From the NCBI GenBank assembly GCA_041831635.1, contig JBHASY010000132.1:3853-67852 (forward strand): a stretch of 64,000 nucleotides of DNA, written 5' to 3'. The notes below the pieces were generated by a model. The model searched no databases and was not told the origin of the DNA. It saw only the letters and a list, made by a program, of their open reading frames with translations. The number at the start of each line of letters is the position of its first letter. The stretch's first letter is position 1. Both the position numbers and the translations under genes were made by a program. This DNA is from Acetoanaerobium sp. Lineage in GTDB: Bacteria > Bacillota > Clostridia > Peptostreptococcales > Filifactoraceae. This document shows, piece by piece, positions 1 through 10,366 of this stretch.

Positions 1-19
1 ACTTTTTCAACTAAAATGA

Positions 20-838
20 TTATCTTAATAATTGTAGTACCTGTTGAGGCAATTGGTTAGCCTGAGCAAGCATCGCCTGAGAAGCCTGTGCAAGAATATT
101 ACTCTTAGTGAATGAACTCATTTCCTTAGCCATATCTGTATCTCTAAGTCTTGACTCAGCTGCCTGTAAGTTCTCAGCAGAGTTATCAAGGTTCTTGATA
201 GTATGCTCAAGTCTGTTTTGAACAGCTCCAAGTTGAGATCTTTCAGCGGAAACTTTTGTTATAGCCTTGTTGATTTGAGTAATAGTTTTTCCCGCTGTAG
301 TAGCTGATGTAACAGCTATAGAAGCAGCTGTAACTCCTAAAGAAGCAGCTGTCAATTTTCCTATTTTAACGGATATTGTTTGAGTGTCATTAGCTCCTAC
401 ATGGAATCTCTTTCCTGTAAATGTTCCATCTAAAAGTTTTTGAGTGTTAAATTCAGCTCTTCCAGAAATAGCTTCAATTTCATCAGAAAGTTGTTTCAAC
501 TCATCTGCTATAAAGCCTCTGTCTTCTGCAACGTTAGTATCGTTCGCAGCCTGAACAGCAAGCTCTCTCATTCTTTGAAGCATAGCGTGTACTTCATCAA
601 GTGCACCCTCAGCTGTTTGGATTAGAGAGATACCGTCCTGAGCGTTTTTAGATGCCATGTTAAGACCTCTGATTTGCGCTCTCATTTTTTCTGAGATAGA
701 TAGACCCGCAGCGTCATCTCCTGCACGGTTTACTCTTAGACCCGAAGAAAGCTTTTCGATTGATTTACTCATTCCTGAAGAGTTAATTCCGCCTGCTCTG
801 TGTGCGTTCATTGCCATCATATTGTGATTGATTATCAT
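20..838 (-). CDS. fliC: Flagellin (short, D0/D1 only)
   Basis: N-terminal MIINHN..LSSGLRVNRAGDDAAGLSISEKMRAQIRG and C-terminal RSQLGAVQNRLEH..ESRLRDTDMAKEM..QANQLPQQVLQLL flagellin signatures. Confidence 0.98.
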   Translation of the reverse strand: MIINHNMMAMNAHRAGGINSSGMSKSIEKLSSGLRVNRAGDDAAGLSISEKMRAQIRGLNMASKNAQDGISLIQTAEGALDEVHAMLQRMRELAVQAANDTNVAEDRGFIADELKQLSDEIEAISGRAEFNTQKLLDGTFTGKRFHVGANDTQTISVKIGKLTAASLGVTAASIAVTSATTAGKTITQINKAITKVSAERSQLGAVQNRLEHTIKNLDNSAENLQAAESRLRDTDMAKEMSSFTKSNILAQASQAMLAQANQLPQQVLQLLR

Positions 839-861
839 TTTATATTCCTCCTTGAATTTTG

Positions 862-940
862 TTAATCGGCTTCCATGCCTGATTAAATTATAATTTGTTA
901 TATTTAGTGATATATCTTCCGGCCGTTTAAGATTATCACT
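862..940 (-). promoter_or_regulatory. CsrA-binding hairpins in flagellin 5' leader
   Basis: Minus-strand leader has AATCAGGC-ATGGAA-GCCGATT hairpin (AUGGA in loop), a second hairpin containing CCGGA, and SD AAGGAGGA; csrA/fliW adjacent. Confidence 0.75.
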
Positions 941-950
941 TACACTACAT

Positions 951-977
951 ATATCGAAGTAAATTATAATTACTTTA
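951..977 (-). promoter_or_regulatory. Sigma-28 (SigD/FliA) promoter of flagellin
   Basis: TAAA-N15-TTCGATAT on minus strand versus consensus TAAA-N15/16-GCCGATAT. Confidence 0.8.
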
Positions 978-1006
978 TAATTTTTTTAAAAAATTTTTTA
1001 AAATTT

Positions 1007-1240
1007 TTATTTTTTATTTTTCATCATTTTTGTAAGTGCTGATTTATCAAGGTTGCTGCTCTCGGTTGCAGTTTTATTTTCCGCTTTAGTTTCATCCAGA
1101 ACTTCTTTTCTTACTATGCTTACTTCTTTCGGTGCATCTATCCCTATTTTTATTCTTCCTTCTTCCACTTCTATTACTTTTATTTCTATGTTATCAGCTA
1201 CTATGATGCTTTCCCCCGCTTTTCTTTTCAGTACGAGCAT
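1007..1240 (-). CDS. csrA: Carbon storage regulator CsrA
   Basis: MLVLKRKAGESI..IKIGIDAPKEVSIVRKEV. Confidence 0.96.
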   Translation of the reverse strand: MLVLKRKAGESIIVADNIEIKVIEVEEGRIKIGIDAPKEVSIVRKEVLDETKAENKTATESSNLDKSALTKMMKNKK

Positions 1241-1243
1241 ATG

Positions 1244-1669
1244 TTATGCACCTGCCTTTTCATAAAACTCATATCGTATAGGATAGGTGTCGTCTAGGAT
1301 TATCTGCATAGCTTTTTTGAGTTTTGTGTTTATTATGATAGGGGCTTGAAGGTTTGTTCTTATTTTTGTTATGTCGTCAGGAATTATGACTACCGTTCTG
1401 ACCATAACATCTTCTCTATCAGTTATGCCCAGTTTTTCGATTATATTTTCAGGTAGTTCAAAACTATAACCGTTATCCGCTATGAATGGATCCATAATGG
1501 CAAAGGATGTCTTTTCTTCCGTACTTTGTAACCATTCTATAAATATCTCACTGTCTTTTATTATTACAAATTTTTTAAGTTCTTCAAATCCGAGCATTCC
1601 TCTTTCAAATTCTACTACTTCGTTTTCATTTACTTCCAGTTCTCCAAAATAATTTGTACTTATTTTCAT
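1244..1669 (-). CDS. fliW: Flagellar assembly factor FliW (CsrA antagonist)
   Basis: FERGMLGFE, WLQS, MDPF, TNLQAPIIIN motifs; adjacent to csrA. Confidence 0.95.
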   Translation of the reverse strand: MKISTNYFGELEVNENEVVEFERGMLGFEELKKFVIIKDSEIFIEWLQSTEEKTSFAIMDPFIADNGYSFELPENIIEKLGITDREDVMVRTVVIIPDDITKIRTNLQAPIIINTKLKKAMQIILDDTYPIRYEFYEKAGA

Positions 1670-1727
1670 ACTATCTCACTCCCTTTATTTCTTTATCGTA
1701 CATAATTGCGATTTATTATAGCCCATT

Positions 1728-2483
1728 TTACATACGCTTATCTCTCTTAACCAACACTTTCATTACAAACACAGGTATCGCTCCCAACCTTTTTATTCTC
1801 CATGGCTCTTTTACAGCTCTATAAGCCCACTCCAGTCCCATCTTTTGGTAAATTTCAGGTGCTCTTTTTACTGTGCCTGCATATACGTCCAGACTTCCCC
1901 CTACTCCCATAAACACTTTAGCATTTATATTGTTTAAGTTATAGGAGATAAATTTTTCTTGTTTCGGTGCTCCCAGTGCTACAAAAACTAAGTCGGGATT
2001 TGTTTCATTGATGTGGTTTATGACCTCTTTTTCTTCCTGATGGTCTGTATTTCCGGTATGTGCACCTTTGAAATAACCATGATGAGTTCCTGCTATTATT
2101 ATGTCAGGATACTTGATTTTTATGTTCTTTGCAGCGGTAGAGGCTATTTTTTCTTTCCCGCCTATAAGATACACTCTATAGCCATTTTCAGCGGAGAATT
2201 TCAGCAGGTTATCCATTAAATCTATCCCTGTAACACGTTCTTTCAGAGGTTTTTTCATTATCCTTGATGCAAGAACCAGACCTATTCCGTCAGGAACTAC
2301 CATATCGGCAGATTTAATTATTTCAAACAAATCCTCATCTTTGTTTGCAGTTACTACTATTTCGCTGTTAGGTGTCACTATGAAAAATTTTTTTGCAAAC
2401 TTTAGAGCATCTGCTACCCTTGAAATAGCCTCTTTCATATCTACCCTATCAATAGAAACTCCTAAAATCGTCAATTTCTGCAT
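1728..2483 (-). CDS. tagA: WecB/TagA/CpsF family glycosyltransferase (ManNAc transferase)
   Basis: VTPNSE, PDGIG, RVTGIDL, VALGAPKQE, GVGGSLD, GLEWAYR motifs. Confidence 0.92.
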   Translation of the reverse strand: MQKLTILGVSIDRVDMKEAISRVADALKFAKKFFIVTPNSEIVVTANKDEDLFEIIKSADMVVPDGIGLVLASRIMKKPLKERVTGIDLMDNLLKFSAENGYRVYLIGGKEKIASTAAKNIKIKYPDIIIAGTHHGYFKGAHTGNTDHQEEKEVINHINETNPDLVFVALGAPKQEKFISYNLNNINAKVFMGVGGSLDVYAGTVKRAPEIYQKMGLEWAYRAVKEPWRIKRLGAIPVFVMKVLVKRDKRM

Positions 2484-2498
2484 ATGAAACTTCCTCCG

Positions 2499-3602
2499 TT
2501 ACTTCGCCAATAAATCATATACTTTCTGATTATGTGTATCTGCCAGCTTTATAAATTTATTTTGATATTCTTTTAGCTTTTTAGTGTTTTCTTCTTTGTT
2601 TATAAAAGCCTCTTTTAGTTCTTCGTACAGGATTTGAGCATTTAGACTTTCTACTTTCATAGCATCTTTTCTGTCCATCATATGAAGGAAGCTTTGAATT
2701 TTCGGGTCATAGGATATTCCTACAGGATAAACTCCCATAAGAACAGAAAATATAAGCCCATGAAGTCTCATTGCCACCATTATATCCATATTCCCTATAA
2801 GTGAAAGATAGTCTTCTACATAAAGATATTCGTCGATTATTACTACCTTATCTTTTATGTTCTTATCGAGATTTTTATGAATGCTCTCCATAAGCTTCAG
2901 GTCTTTATAAAAATGAAAAGGAATAAGCACAGGCACACAGTCCATATCCCGAACTATCTCGGTGCATAGCTTTGTCATTTCTTCTACTATGTTATTTCCT
3001 GTTTTCCAATGCCTTACCGATATCCCTATATACGGTTTTCTTTTTACCTTGCTTTTTTTATCTAAAACTATACTGCCTTTTTCTAGTGATGGTTTTGATA
3101 TCCCGAAAACCGTATCTGTAGTGACTAATATTTCTTTAGTCACTCCTAAACTTTCCAGTTCCAGCTTGGATTTTTCATCTCTTACATTTATAAAATCTAT
3201 AGAGTTTAATATTTTTCCAAGTAACCATCTGTTATAACTTTTATTTACAGGTCCTATTCCCTGAGAATATATCATCACTTTTTTCTTAAATAATCTTTTT
3301 GCAAGCCATATTATTCCTATATAGTAAGCTATCGACCTCTTTGATGTCACATCTTGAAACAAAGAACCTCCTCCACTTACAAGCAGGCTCATATCCTTCA
3401 TCTCTTTGAAAATCTGCAATAAATTTGTCCTTTTGATAGACCTTACATCGTGTTTTTTAGCTGTGAACTCCGGATACTGAGATAAAACCACAATATCTAT
3501 CTGCCCTGTAAATCTTTTTATTCCCTCTACTAAACCTTTCAGTATAGCTTCGTCTCCTACATTATTAAAACCATAATATCCTGAAATGAGTATTTTATGC
3601 AT
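2499..3602 (-). CDS. csaB: Polysaccharide pyruvyl transferase CsaB
   Basis: ISGYYGFNNVGDEA, GGGSLFQDVTS, QGIGP, VRD, MRLHG, YDPKI. Confidence 0.93.
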   Translation of the reverse strand: MHKILISGYYGFNNVGDEAILKGLVEGIKRFTGQIDIVVLSQYPEFTAKKHDVRSIKRTNLLQIFKEMKDMSLLVSGGGSLFQDVTSKRSIAYYIGIIWLAKRLFKKKVMIYSQGIGPVNKSYNRWLLGKILNSIDFINVRDEKSKLELESLGVTKEILVTTDTVFGISKPSLEKGSIVLDKKSKVKRKPYIGISVRHWKTGNNIVEEMTKLCTEIVRDMDCVPVLIPFHFYKDLKLMESIHKNLDKNIKDKVVIIDEYLYVEDYLSLIGNMDIMVAMRLHGLIFSVLMGVYPVGISYDPKIQSFLHMMDRKDAMKVESLNAQILYEELKEAFINKEENTKKLKEYQNKFIKLADTHNQKVYDLLAK

Positions 3603-5679
3603 TTTTCTTTACCTTTTCCAAAAATTTAATACCGACATCTGCACAAATTACAAATACAGCTCCTATTATAACTGAAATAGCAAGTTCGTAGCTGACTCTT
3701 AAGTAAGAGATATAAATAGGAGTTCTGATGTGGGAAAATGTATTTAAAATGTTGCTTTGTCCTATAGCTACAGCAACAGCAAATGCCGGAAAACTCCAGA
3801 CAAATTTTTTTCTAAATGCCAAAAATACAAATAAAATAAGTGAAGGATAGCCCAGTAAAAATGCTTTATTTCTAGGTCTTGCAGGCAAAAATAACTCCAG
3901 CATATTTCTTCCCAGTAATTCCAAAGTCGACGGCTCTACGTTTGACTCATGCCCGCTTCTAAGAAGCAGCAACACTACTGCTCCTAAAAGTACTCCTACT
4001 ATTAAGGCTTGCCAAATTTTTATATTACCCAGCAAAAATTCTCTCATCTCGCTTACTCGCAGGTAATTTCCCTTATCCTTTCTGTTGTATCCGAAATATG
4101 CCATATATGACACTAATGCCATCGCAAGCGGTGCTACCTGAGACAGTTTTACCCCTTTGAAAATATCGAGTTCTAAAAGATACTTGCTATGGGCGAAGAA
4201 TGCCACCTCATATATCGCACCTATAAGAGACACGACTATTGCAAGCACCAGCACTATAACCCCTCTTATGTAAATCTGGAAAGTCTTGGCTTTTTGGTCT
4301 TTCGCTAAGATATCTTTTATTATCGCAAGAACACACATTACAGACAGCGATGGAAATACTATGGTTGTAAACAGTCCAAACATCTTATTTACTAAGTCCA
4401 GCTTGATATTTACCGCATATATTCCTGCCGTAGCAACAGCTGCTCCCATAAATCCTAAAAGCAAGTGCTTTCTTTTCAGTTTCACTGTGTTTTCAATTAT
4501 TATAAATGCAGCTGCAAGTGTTCCTATAGCGGATACCATCTGCATACTTCTTCTTGCTCTTAACGGATTCATAGTATATAAATTGGTTTTTTCGGTACTT
4601 GTAGGTTTTATACTATGAGTTTTTAAAAGACGCTCTTGCAAATCATCAAGCCTGTCCTTATATATCTTCATATCTGTAACAGGTTTGCCGTTCGGCTTGA
4701 TAAACGGTTTTAAATATATTATTCTTATGTTTCTTTCTGTTATTGCTCTATAGTAGGTGTTTATTATTTCTTCTCCGTTATGGTGCATAGGTATACCATA
4801 GTCAAATCTTTTTTGAATGAACTGCCATGTAGTAAAAGCTCTTATAGCTTTGTAATCCATTTTTTCAACCAGTTGTTTCATTCCCAAAGTCTCTAAATGT
4901 TCTCTTTGCACCGAGGCTTCTATCATTCCTACATAAATATGTCTGTCGTACAAAGTTTTAGCCAGATAATCAAGTTCTTCGTCTGAGCCTAAAACCTGCT
5001 CTCCCGAAAAAATAACATAGGTTTGATTTAGATGGTAATTATCTATGTAGTCTATGAATCTATCTATAGACTTTTTCGCATCTTGAGTATCTGACAAATA
5101 TGTAGGTCTTAAAAGCACATTTAAGCCCGAAGCCTTTGCAGTATTTATTTCATCTGCTAAAAATCCCAGTCCTGTATACTCGAGTTTTGATGCCTGTCCT
5201 ATAGGGCTGGTTCCTATCTTTTCTCCTGAAAAATCCCTTACTACGGTTGAATCAAACACCATATCTTTCGGTTTTCCTTCTATCACTAAGGTGTTTTCAT
5301 CTCTGTATGCCATCTTTCTGTTTTCCTTAAGTACCTGTCTTAACCCTGTTTCTATAAATTTAAGCCCTGCATTTTCTCCTTCTATAACTAAATCATATCC
5401 CTCAAAACCGGTTCTGATTTTAAAATCCTCATTCATTTTGAGTGAATTTATAGTAGCCTCCCCTATATTTACGGAAACTGCTCCTGCTTCTTTGAACTCT
5501 CTAAGTGATTTTTCTATACTTTGCCCTGCTTCACTTGAAAACCTTAACATTTCAGTATAGTCTAAGGTTATTTCATATGTTTTATAAACATTTTCGGCTT
5601 TCATTCTATCAAATACTATAAATGACGATACGATAAGTCCAAGTATAAGAAATATCGCAAGTATCCTCTCTACTTTCAT
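3595..5679 (-). CDS. DUF5693-like membrane protein (commonly linked to csaB)
   Basis: RAITERNIR, FKGVK, RPRNKAFLLGYP, NTFSHIRTP motifs; multiple TM helices; overlaps csaB start. Confidence 0.8.
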   Translation of the reverse strand: MKVERILAIFLILGLIVSSFIVFDRMKAENVYKTYEITLDYTEMLRFSSEAGQSIEKSLREFKEAGAVSVNIGEATINSLKMNEDFKIRTGFEGYDLVIEGENAGLKFIETGLRQVLKENRKMAYRDENTLVIEGKPKDMVFDSTVVRDFSGEKIGTSPIGQASKLEYTGLGFLADEINTAKASGLNVLLRPTYLSDTQDAKKSIDRFIDYIDNYHLNQTYVIFSGEQVLGSDEELDYLAKTLYDRHIYVGMIEASVQREHLETLGMKQLVEKMDYKAIRAFTTWQFIQKRFDYGIPMHHNGEEIINTYYRAITERNIRIIYLKPFIKPNGKPVTDMKIYKDRLDDLQERLLKTHSIKPTSTEKTNLYTMNPLRARRSMQMVSAIGTLAAAFIIIENTVKLKRKHLLLGFMGAAVATAGIYAVNIKLDLVNKMFGLFTTIVFPSLSVMCVLAIIKDILAKDQKAKTFQIYIRGVIVLVLAIVVSLIGAIYEVAFFAHSKYLLELDIFKGVKLSQVAPLAMALVSYMAYFGYNRKDKGNYLRVSEMREFLLGNIKIWQALIVGVLLGAVVLLLLRSGHESNVEPSTLELLGRNMLELFLPARPRNKAFLLGYPSLILFVFLAFRKKFVWSFPAFAVAVAIGQSNILNTFSHIRTPIYISYLRVSYELAISVIIGAVFVICADVGIKFLEKVKKNA

Positions 5680-5694
5680 ATACTTACCTTCTTT

Positions 5695-7506
5695 CTAATT
5701 CTCATTTTTATATTTTTTCCCAAACAAATCATCATACATTATTTGATATTCATTCGTTCTGAGTTTTTGTATTTCTTCATAAATCGACTTGATATCAAAG
5801 TATGTATGCTCAGACATTGTTTGATTCTCATATTGACTTGCCATATATCCGTAAAATCCCGGTACCTTAGTATCAGCATATTCCAACATCAATCCGGAAA
5901 GTGCATTTGCTCCTAAATTTACAGTCTTTGGTTTTTCTTTATAGTTACTCCATATTATATAAGGCGTAGCAAACATATCTTTTCTGCTTGCTCCACTTTC
6001 TTCCATATTCTTGTAGTATGGATATGTTCTGTACATAGAAAATCCACCCGGCAAATGATCTCCGAAATAACACAAAATCGTAGGTTTTTTTCTTTTTTTT
6101 ATATATTTGTAAAATTCATAAAGTTCATTATCGGATATCTTCACTCCTATGGCATATCTGGAGAGCATTTCCTTATCATCATCTGATAAATCTCCTTCTA
6201 CAGTAATTTCCTCTACTCCACCCGGAACATAGTATGGAGCATGGTTTTGAACTGTAACTGCAAAAATCATCTGATTTTTATCTTCGTTTTCCTCCAGTGT
6301 CTCTTTTATCTTGTTCATCATATCTTTATCGCTAATCCAATTTCCAAAATAAAACGGGTCTTCAAATTCGTCTATAGAAATAAATCTGTCAAATCCCATA
6401 TATTCATAAACATTATCTCTATTCCAAAACTCAGGTATATTATTATGAATAGCTGTAGTTAAATAACCCTCTTTTTTCATATATCCGACAAGCGAGTTTA
6501 TATCATTTTTTATATGTTGTTGATAAGGCACTGACCCATCCGGAAGATGCTTTACATTATATCCTGTCAAAAATTCAAATTCCGTATTTGCAGTCTTTCC
6601 ACCTAAAACAGGAACATATACCTCGCCTGTTAAGCCTTTTTTCCCTATTTCTCTGAATCTGGGGATAGGATCTTCGGAAAATTTCAACCCCTCTATCTTA
6701 GTCACGTCCGAAAACGACTCAGACATTATAACTACTATATCCGGAGAAACTTTTCCCTGTTTTTCATACTCAAGCATCTCCTCATTTATCTCTTTTATTT
6801 TGGCTTTACTATAGCCTTGCGGTTTTTTAACTATTATATTGCTTACATTTATAGTGAATGCAAGTAAAAATCCGTTATATTCATAATTTTCATTTTGATT
6901 CCACGAGTAGTTGATAATCTTATTTGTCCTAAAAAACTCTACCCTATATTTGCTTTCAAGTGCCAACCCGGCAATAAAACTCCAAAACATCGCTACAACC
7001 AATACTGTCCCGATCACATTCAAAGGATTGCGAATATCATATTTTAAGTTTACTTTTTTGTCCCAGAAAAAGTACATAGCAAATATTATAAGTAATAATA
7101 TAAATGCAAACCCTAAAAACGAAATACTTTTTAAGTCCAAAAACTCATTTTTCATTGCGGGCATTACTCTTTTCGCATCTTCTATAAAGAAAATATCCCA
7201 TGGAAGAAAAGGAACTCCTTGATATTTGAATTTAGATATATTTACAAATCCTATAAGTGTCGAAAAAATTAACAATATGATATTAGAAAGCCAAACCTTT
7301 CTTACTATAACGTAAATGATTCCTGAAAATGACGCAGCTATAATTATATTTAATGCCACAACTACAGGTTCATTTAACATAAACTTGATAACTGCCGAAA
7401 ACGAGTCTCTATTTGAAAATTCTAAAAGTACAACAGTCATGACGGAAAATAGCAAACAAAAGAGCAGACCTATGTAACCTGCTCCGTTTATATCTCTAGA
7501 TTTCAA
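5695..7506 (-). CDS. LTA synthase family (sulfatase-fold) membrane protein
   Basis: N-terminal TM helices, IMSESFSD, GGKTANTEFEFLTG, TVQNHAPY, FGDHLP. Confidence 0.9.
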   Translation of the reverse strand: MKSRDINGAGYIGLLFCLLFSVMTVVLLEFSNRDSFSAVIKFMLNEPVVVALNIIIAASFSGIIYVIVRKVWLSNIILLIFSTLIGFVNISKFKYQGVPFLPWDIFFIEDAKRVMPAMKNEFLDLKSISFLGFAFILLLIIFAMYFFWDKKVNLKYDIRNPLNVIGTVLVVAMFWSFIAGLALESKYRVEFFRTNKIINYSWNQNENYEYNGFLLAFTINVSNIIVKKPQGYSKAKIKEINEEMLEYEKQGKVSPDIVVIMSESFSDVTKIEGLKFSEDPIPRFREIGKKGLTGEVYVPVLGGKTANTEFEFLTGYNVKHLPDGSVPYQQHIKNDINSLVGYMKKEGYLTTAIHNNIPEFWNRDNVYEYMGFDRFISIDEFEDPFYFGNWISDKDMMNKIKETLEENEDKNQMIFAVTVQNHAPYYVPGGVEEITVEGDLSDDDKEMLSRYAIGVKISDNELYEFYKYIKKRKKPTILCYFGDHLPGGFSMYRTYPYYKNMEESGASRKDMFATPYIIWSNYKEKPKTVNLGANALSGLMLEYADTKVPGFYGYMASQYENQTMSEHTYFDIKSIYEEIQKLRTNEYQIMYDDLFGKKYKNEN

Positions 7507-7590
7507 CTAATCCTCACATCCAATCTTTTTAGTCTTAAAAATATCCCAGACTATTATACTACAAAAACAAAGATAGCAAAACATCAGTTT

Positions 7591-9177
7591 CTATCTTTTA
7601 TTTGGAATAAATCTACTTAGCTTCTTTCCTTTAGGTAATTTTTCTATCTCTTCCCTTGTTATTGCTCCGATTAAAATCAGCACCACCCCGTAGACTAACA
7701 TTGCTACTAATATGGCTATTACCGTAGCTAAAGAATTTCCTATTTTAGTGACAAGCCACATATGAGAAAATTTCGCCGTAACTCCCATAATAATTGCTGT
7801 TATAAGAGGTTTTATAAGTAAACTTTTTATATCAAATTTTATTTTAAGAAGTCTTTTCAGCCAATATATATCCAGTCCGGCGGCTATCATATATGCAACT
7901 ACAGTTCCTATAGCAGCTCCTTTTACATTAAGTGATGCAACAGATGTCAAAGTATATGTAAATACTAATTTAAATACTGCCGCTATAAAAAGATTCATAA
8001 CAGGAACTTGAGATTTCCCTAAACCTTGAAGAATTCCTGTAAGTGTCTGAATTAAACTTAAAAAAACTACCCCCAGTGACATAACAAATAGTATCTGTCC
8101 TACTCCATCAGGCTCTTTCGGATATAAAAGCTGCATTATAGGTGTTGAAAGCACCATAAGTCCTACTCCTGCCGGTAGTCCAAGCAACACTGCAAGCCTC
8201 ATACTAAGGGCGGCATTTTCTCTTACACTTTGCATATCTCTAAGTTCATACGCCTGAGATATTACAGGTACTACGCTCATAGCTATGGACATAGTAAGCA
8301 CTTGAGGTAGATTTATAAGTGTGGCAGCCATACCTGTAAGCTGTCCATAAAGAGCACTTGCTTGACTTTGACTATAACCTGATGCCAGTAGCCTGCTCAT
8401 TACCAATGAAACATCTATCATATTCATAATAGGCATAACAGAAGCTCCTATTATGATAGGAAGTGCAATTGTAAGCATAGTTCTTATTATATCTTTGTAG
8501 CTTTCTTCCTCAAAATCCTCACTTTTAAGTAACTCTCTTTCAATCTTAGGTTTATTTATGTAATATACAAAAAAAACAAACAACATACCGAATACCGCCC
8601 CTACAGTAGCCCCGAAGGAGGCCCCTGCCGCCGCATATTCCAATCCTTTCGGCATAAGAAGATATGCGAGAAACAACCCAAATCCTACTCTGGCAAACTG
8701 CTCTATAATCTGAGACACAGCTGTAGGGGTCATATTATTTCTTCCTTGAAAATAGCCTCTATATGCTGCCATAATGGGAACAAACAAAAGTGCAGGTGAT
8801 AGTGCCAGCATAGAATAATACGCCTTTGGATTATGAGCGGCATTTACTATCAGGTTTGCTCCGAAAAACACTATAGAAAATGTAATTCCTCCTAAAACTA
8901 TCAATATTTTAAGTGTTATAGCAAATACCTTATGAGCTCCTTTATAGTTTCCTACCGCTCTTCTTTCAGATACCATCTTTGATATAGCTATAGGAAAGCC
9001 TGATGTGGATATCGAAAGCAGTAATACATATATAGGGTAGGCGGTCTGATAGTAACCCATACCCTCTCCTGTTATCATCCTTCCAAGTGGAATTCTAAAA
9101 AAAGCTCCTAATATTTTCACTATAAGACCTGCCACTCCCAAGACGACAGCTCCTTTTAAGAATGAGTTTTTACTCAT
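7591..9177 (-). CDS. SpoVB/YabM-like polysaccharide flippase (MOP/MurJ superfamily)
   Basis: GEGMGYYQTAYP, YRGYFQG, SQIIEQ motifs; highly hydrophobic; conserved position after mfd-prsA. Confidence 0.9.
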   Translation of the reverse strand: MSKNSFLKGAVVLGVAGLIVKILGAFFRIPLGRMITGEGMGYYQTAYPIYVLLLSISTSGFPIAISKMVSERRAVGNYKGAHKVFAITLKILIVLGGITFSIVFFGANLIVNAAHNPKAYYSMLALSPALLFVPIMAAYRGYFQGRNNMTPTAVSQIIEQFARVGFGLFLAYLLMPKGLEYAAAGASFGATVGAVFGMLFVFFVYYINKPKIERELLKSEDFEEESYKDIIRTMLTIALPIIIGASVMPIMNMIDVSLVMSRLLASGYSQSQASALYGQLTGMAATLINLPQVLTMSIAMSVVPVISQAYELRDMQSVRENAALSMRLAVLLGLPAGVGLMVLSTPIMQLLYPKEPDGVGQILFVMSLGVVFLSLIQTLTGILQGLGKSQVPVMNLFIAAVFKLVFTYTLTSVASLNVKGAAIGTVVAYMIAAGLDIYWLKRLLKIKFDIKSLLIKPLITAIIMGVTAKFSHMWLVTKIGNSLATVIAILVAMLVYGVVLILIGAITREEIEKLPKGKKLSRFIPNKR

Positions 9178-9197
9178 CTGTCAAACCTCCTCACGAC

Positions 9198-9227
9198 AAA
9201 AGGCAGGTATTTACTAATACCTGCTTT
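9198..9227 (-). terminator. Rho-independent terminator after prsA
   Basis: GCAGGTATT-TACT-AATACCTGC stem with flanking T tract on minus strand. Confidence 0.75.
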
Positions 9228-9267
9228 ATTATCAGTCTTTTTTCCTGCCCCTTAAAATCATACTTTA

Positions 9268-10332
9268 TTAGTTTTCTGTAGTTTCTTCTGTTGCAGGGTT
9301 TTCATCTGTTTTAAGATTTTTATTTAAAACTTCATCAGCTTTTTTTAGAGCCTCTTCATTTTTTTCTATTTTAGCTTTTTCTTTTAGCGATGCTACAAAA
9401 TCTAAATACGATTTTTGATATAAAGTATTTTCTATTCCTTCTTTAGCTTCTTCAAAAGAAGTACCGTCAGTTTTCTTCTCAAAGACTTTTATGATGTGGT
9501 ATCCATAAGAGGTTTCAACTAAATCTGATACCTGATTCGGCTCAAGAGAAAAAGCGGCATCTTCGAACTCCTTAACCATAACTCCTTTACCGAAGAATCC
9601 TAAATCTCCGCCATTTACAGCGGATGCTTCATCTTGTGAAAACTCAATAGCAAGAGCGGCAAAATGTTCTCCTGCTTTTACCCTTGCAAGTACAGCCTCA
9701 GCCTGTGCTTTAACCTCAGCAATTTTTTCTTCAGGTAACGGCACAAAATTTTCGTCTATGGTTTTAAACAATATATGAGATGCTTTAACCTCATTTACAG
9801 TGTATTTTGATTTGTTTTCTTCATAATATTTTCTAAGTTCGTCTTCTGACAAAGAGTTTTTCTCTAAAAATTTTTCCCTATATTCATAGACTATAGTATC
9901 TATTTCCACTTGCTTTCTTAAAAATTCATCTGTTATGCCCTCGTCTTTTAAAAAGGTTTCATAGTCAGGCAAACTTTTAACCTGCTCTTTAAACAAAGTA
10001 AACTCTTTTTCAAGTTCCTCAGCTGTAACTGTTATATTTTCTTTTTTTGCTTCGGCGAGTATAAGCTGAGCCTCTATCAGCTGTTCTAATACCTGTTCTT
10101 TTAAAATTTCGTTATAGGTTTTGCCTTGTCCTGAATCCTTTGTCCAAATATCTGTTCCTACTGTAGCTTCTATTTGCCTTTTAATAATAGCAAGGTTTTT
10201 TTCATAATCAGAATATGAAATTTCTACATCATTTACTTTTGCTACCCATTCATTAGAAGATATAGTATTACTGCAAGCAGTCAAACTAAATATCATCAGC
10301 AATGAAGTTATTAAAACTAATACCTTTTTCAC
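9268..10332 (-). CDS. prsA: PrsA-type peptidylprolyl isomerase lipoprotein
   Basis: Lipobox LTAC; parvulin motifs ASHIL, GGDLGFF, FEDAAF, GYHIIKV. Confidence 0.92.
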   Translation of the reverse strand: MKKVLVLITSLLMIFSLTACSNTISSNEWVAKVNDVEISYSDYEKNLAIIKRQIEATVGTDIWTKDSGQGKTYNEILKEQVLEQLIEAQLILAEAKKENITVTAEELEKEFTLFKEQVKSLPDYETFLKDEGITDEFLRKQVEIDTIVYEYREKFLEKNSLSEDELRKYYEENKSKYTVNEVKASHILFKTIDENFVPLPEEKIAEVKAQAEAVLARVKAGEHFAALAIEFSQDEASAVNGGDLGFFGKGVMVKEFEDAAFSLEPNQVSDLVETSYGYHIIKVFEKKTDGTSFEEAKEGIENTLYQKSYLDFVASLKEKAKIEKNEEALKKADEVLNKNLKTDENPATEETTEN

Positions 10333-10366
10333 TTTACAATCAACTCCTTAAAAATTCATAAGGGTA

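Noticed and set aside
1693-1720. Possible sigma-28 promoter for fliW (TACGATAA -10)
   Set aside because: No TAAA at 15-16 nt spacing; too weak to call
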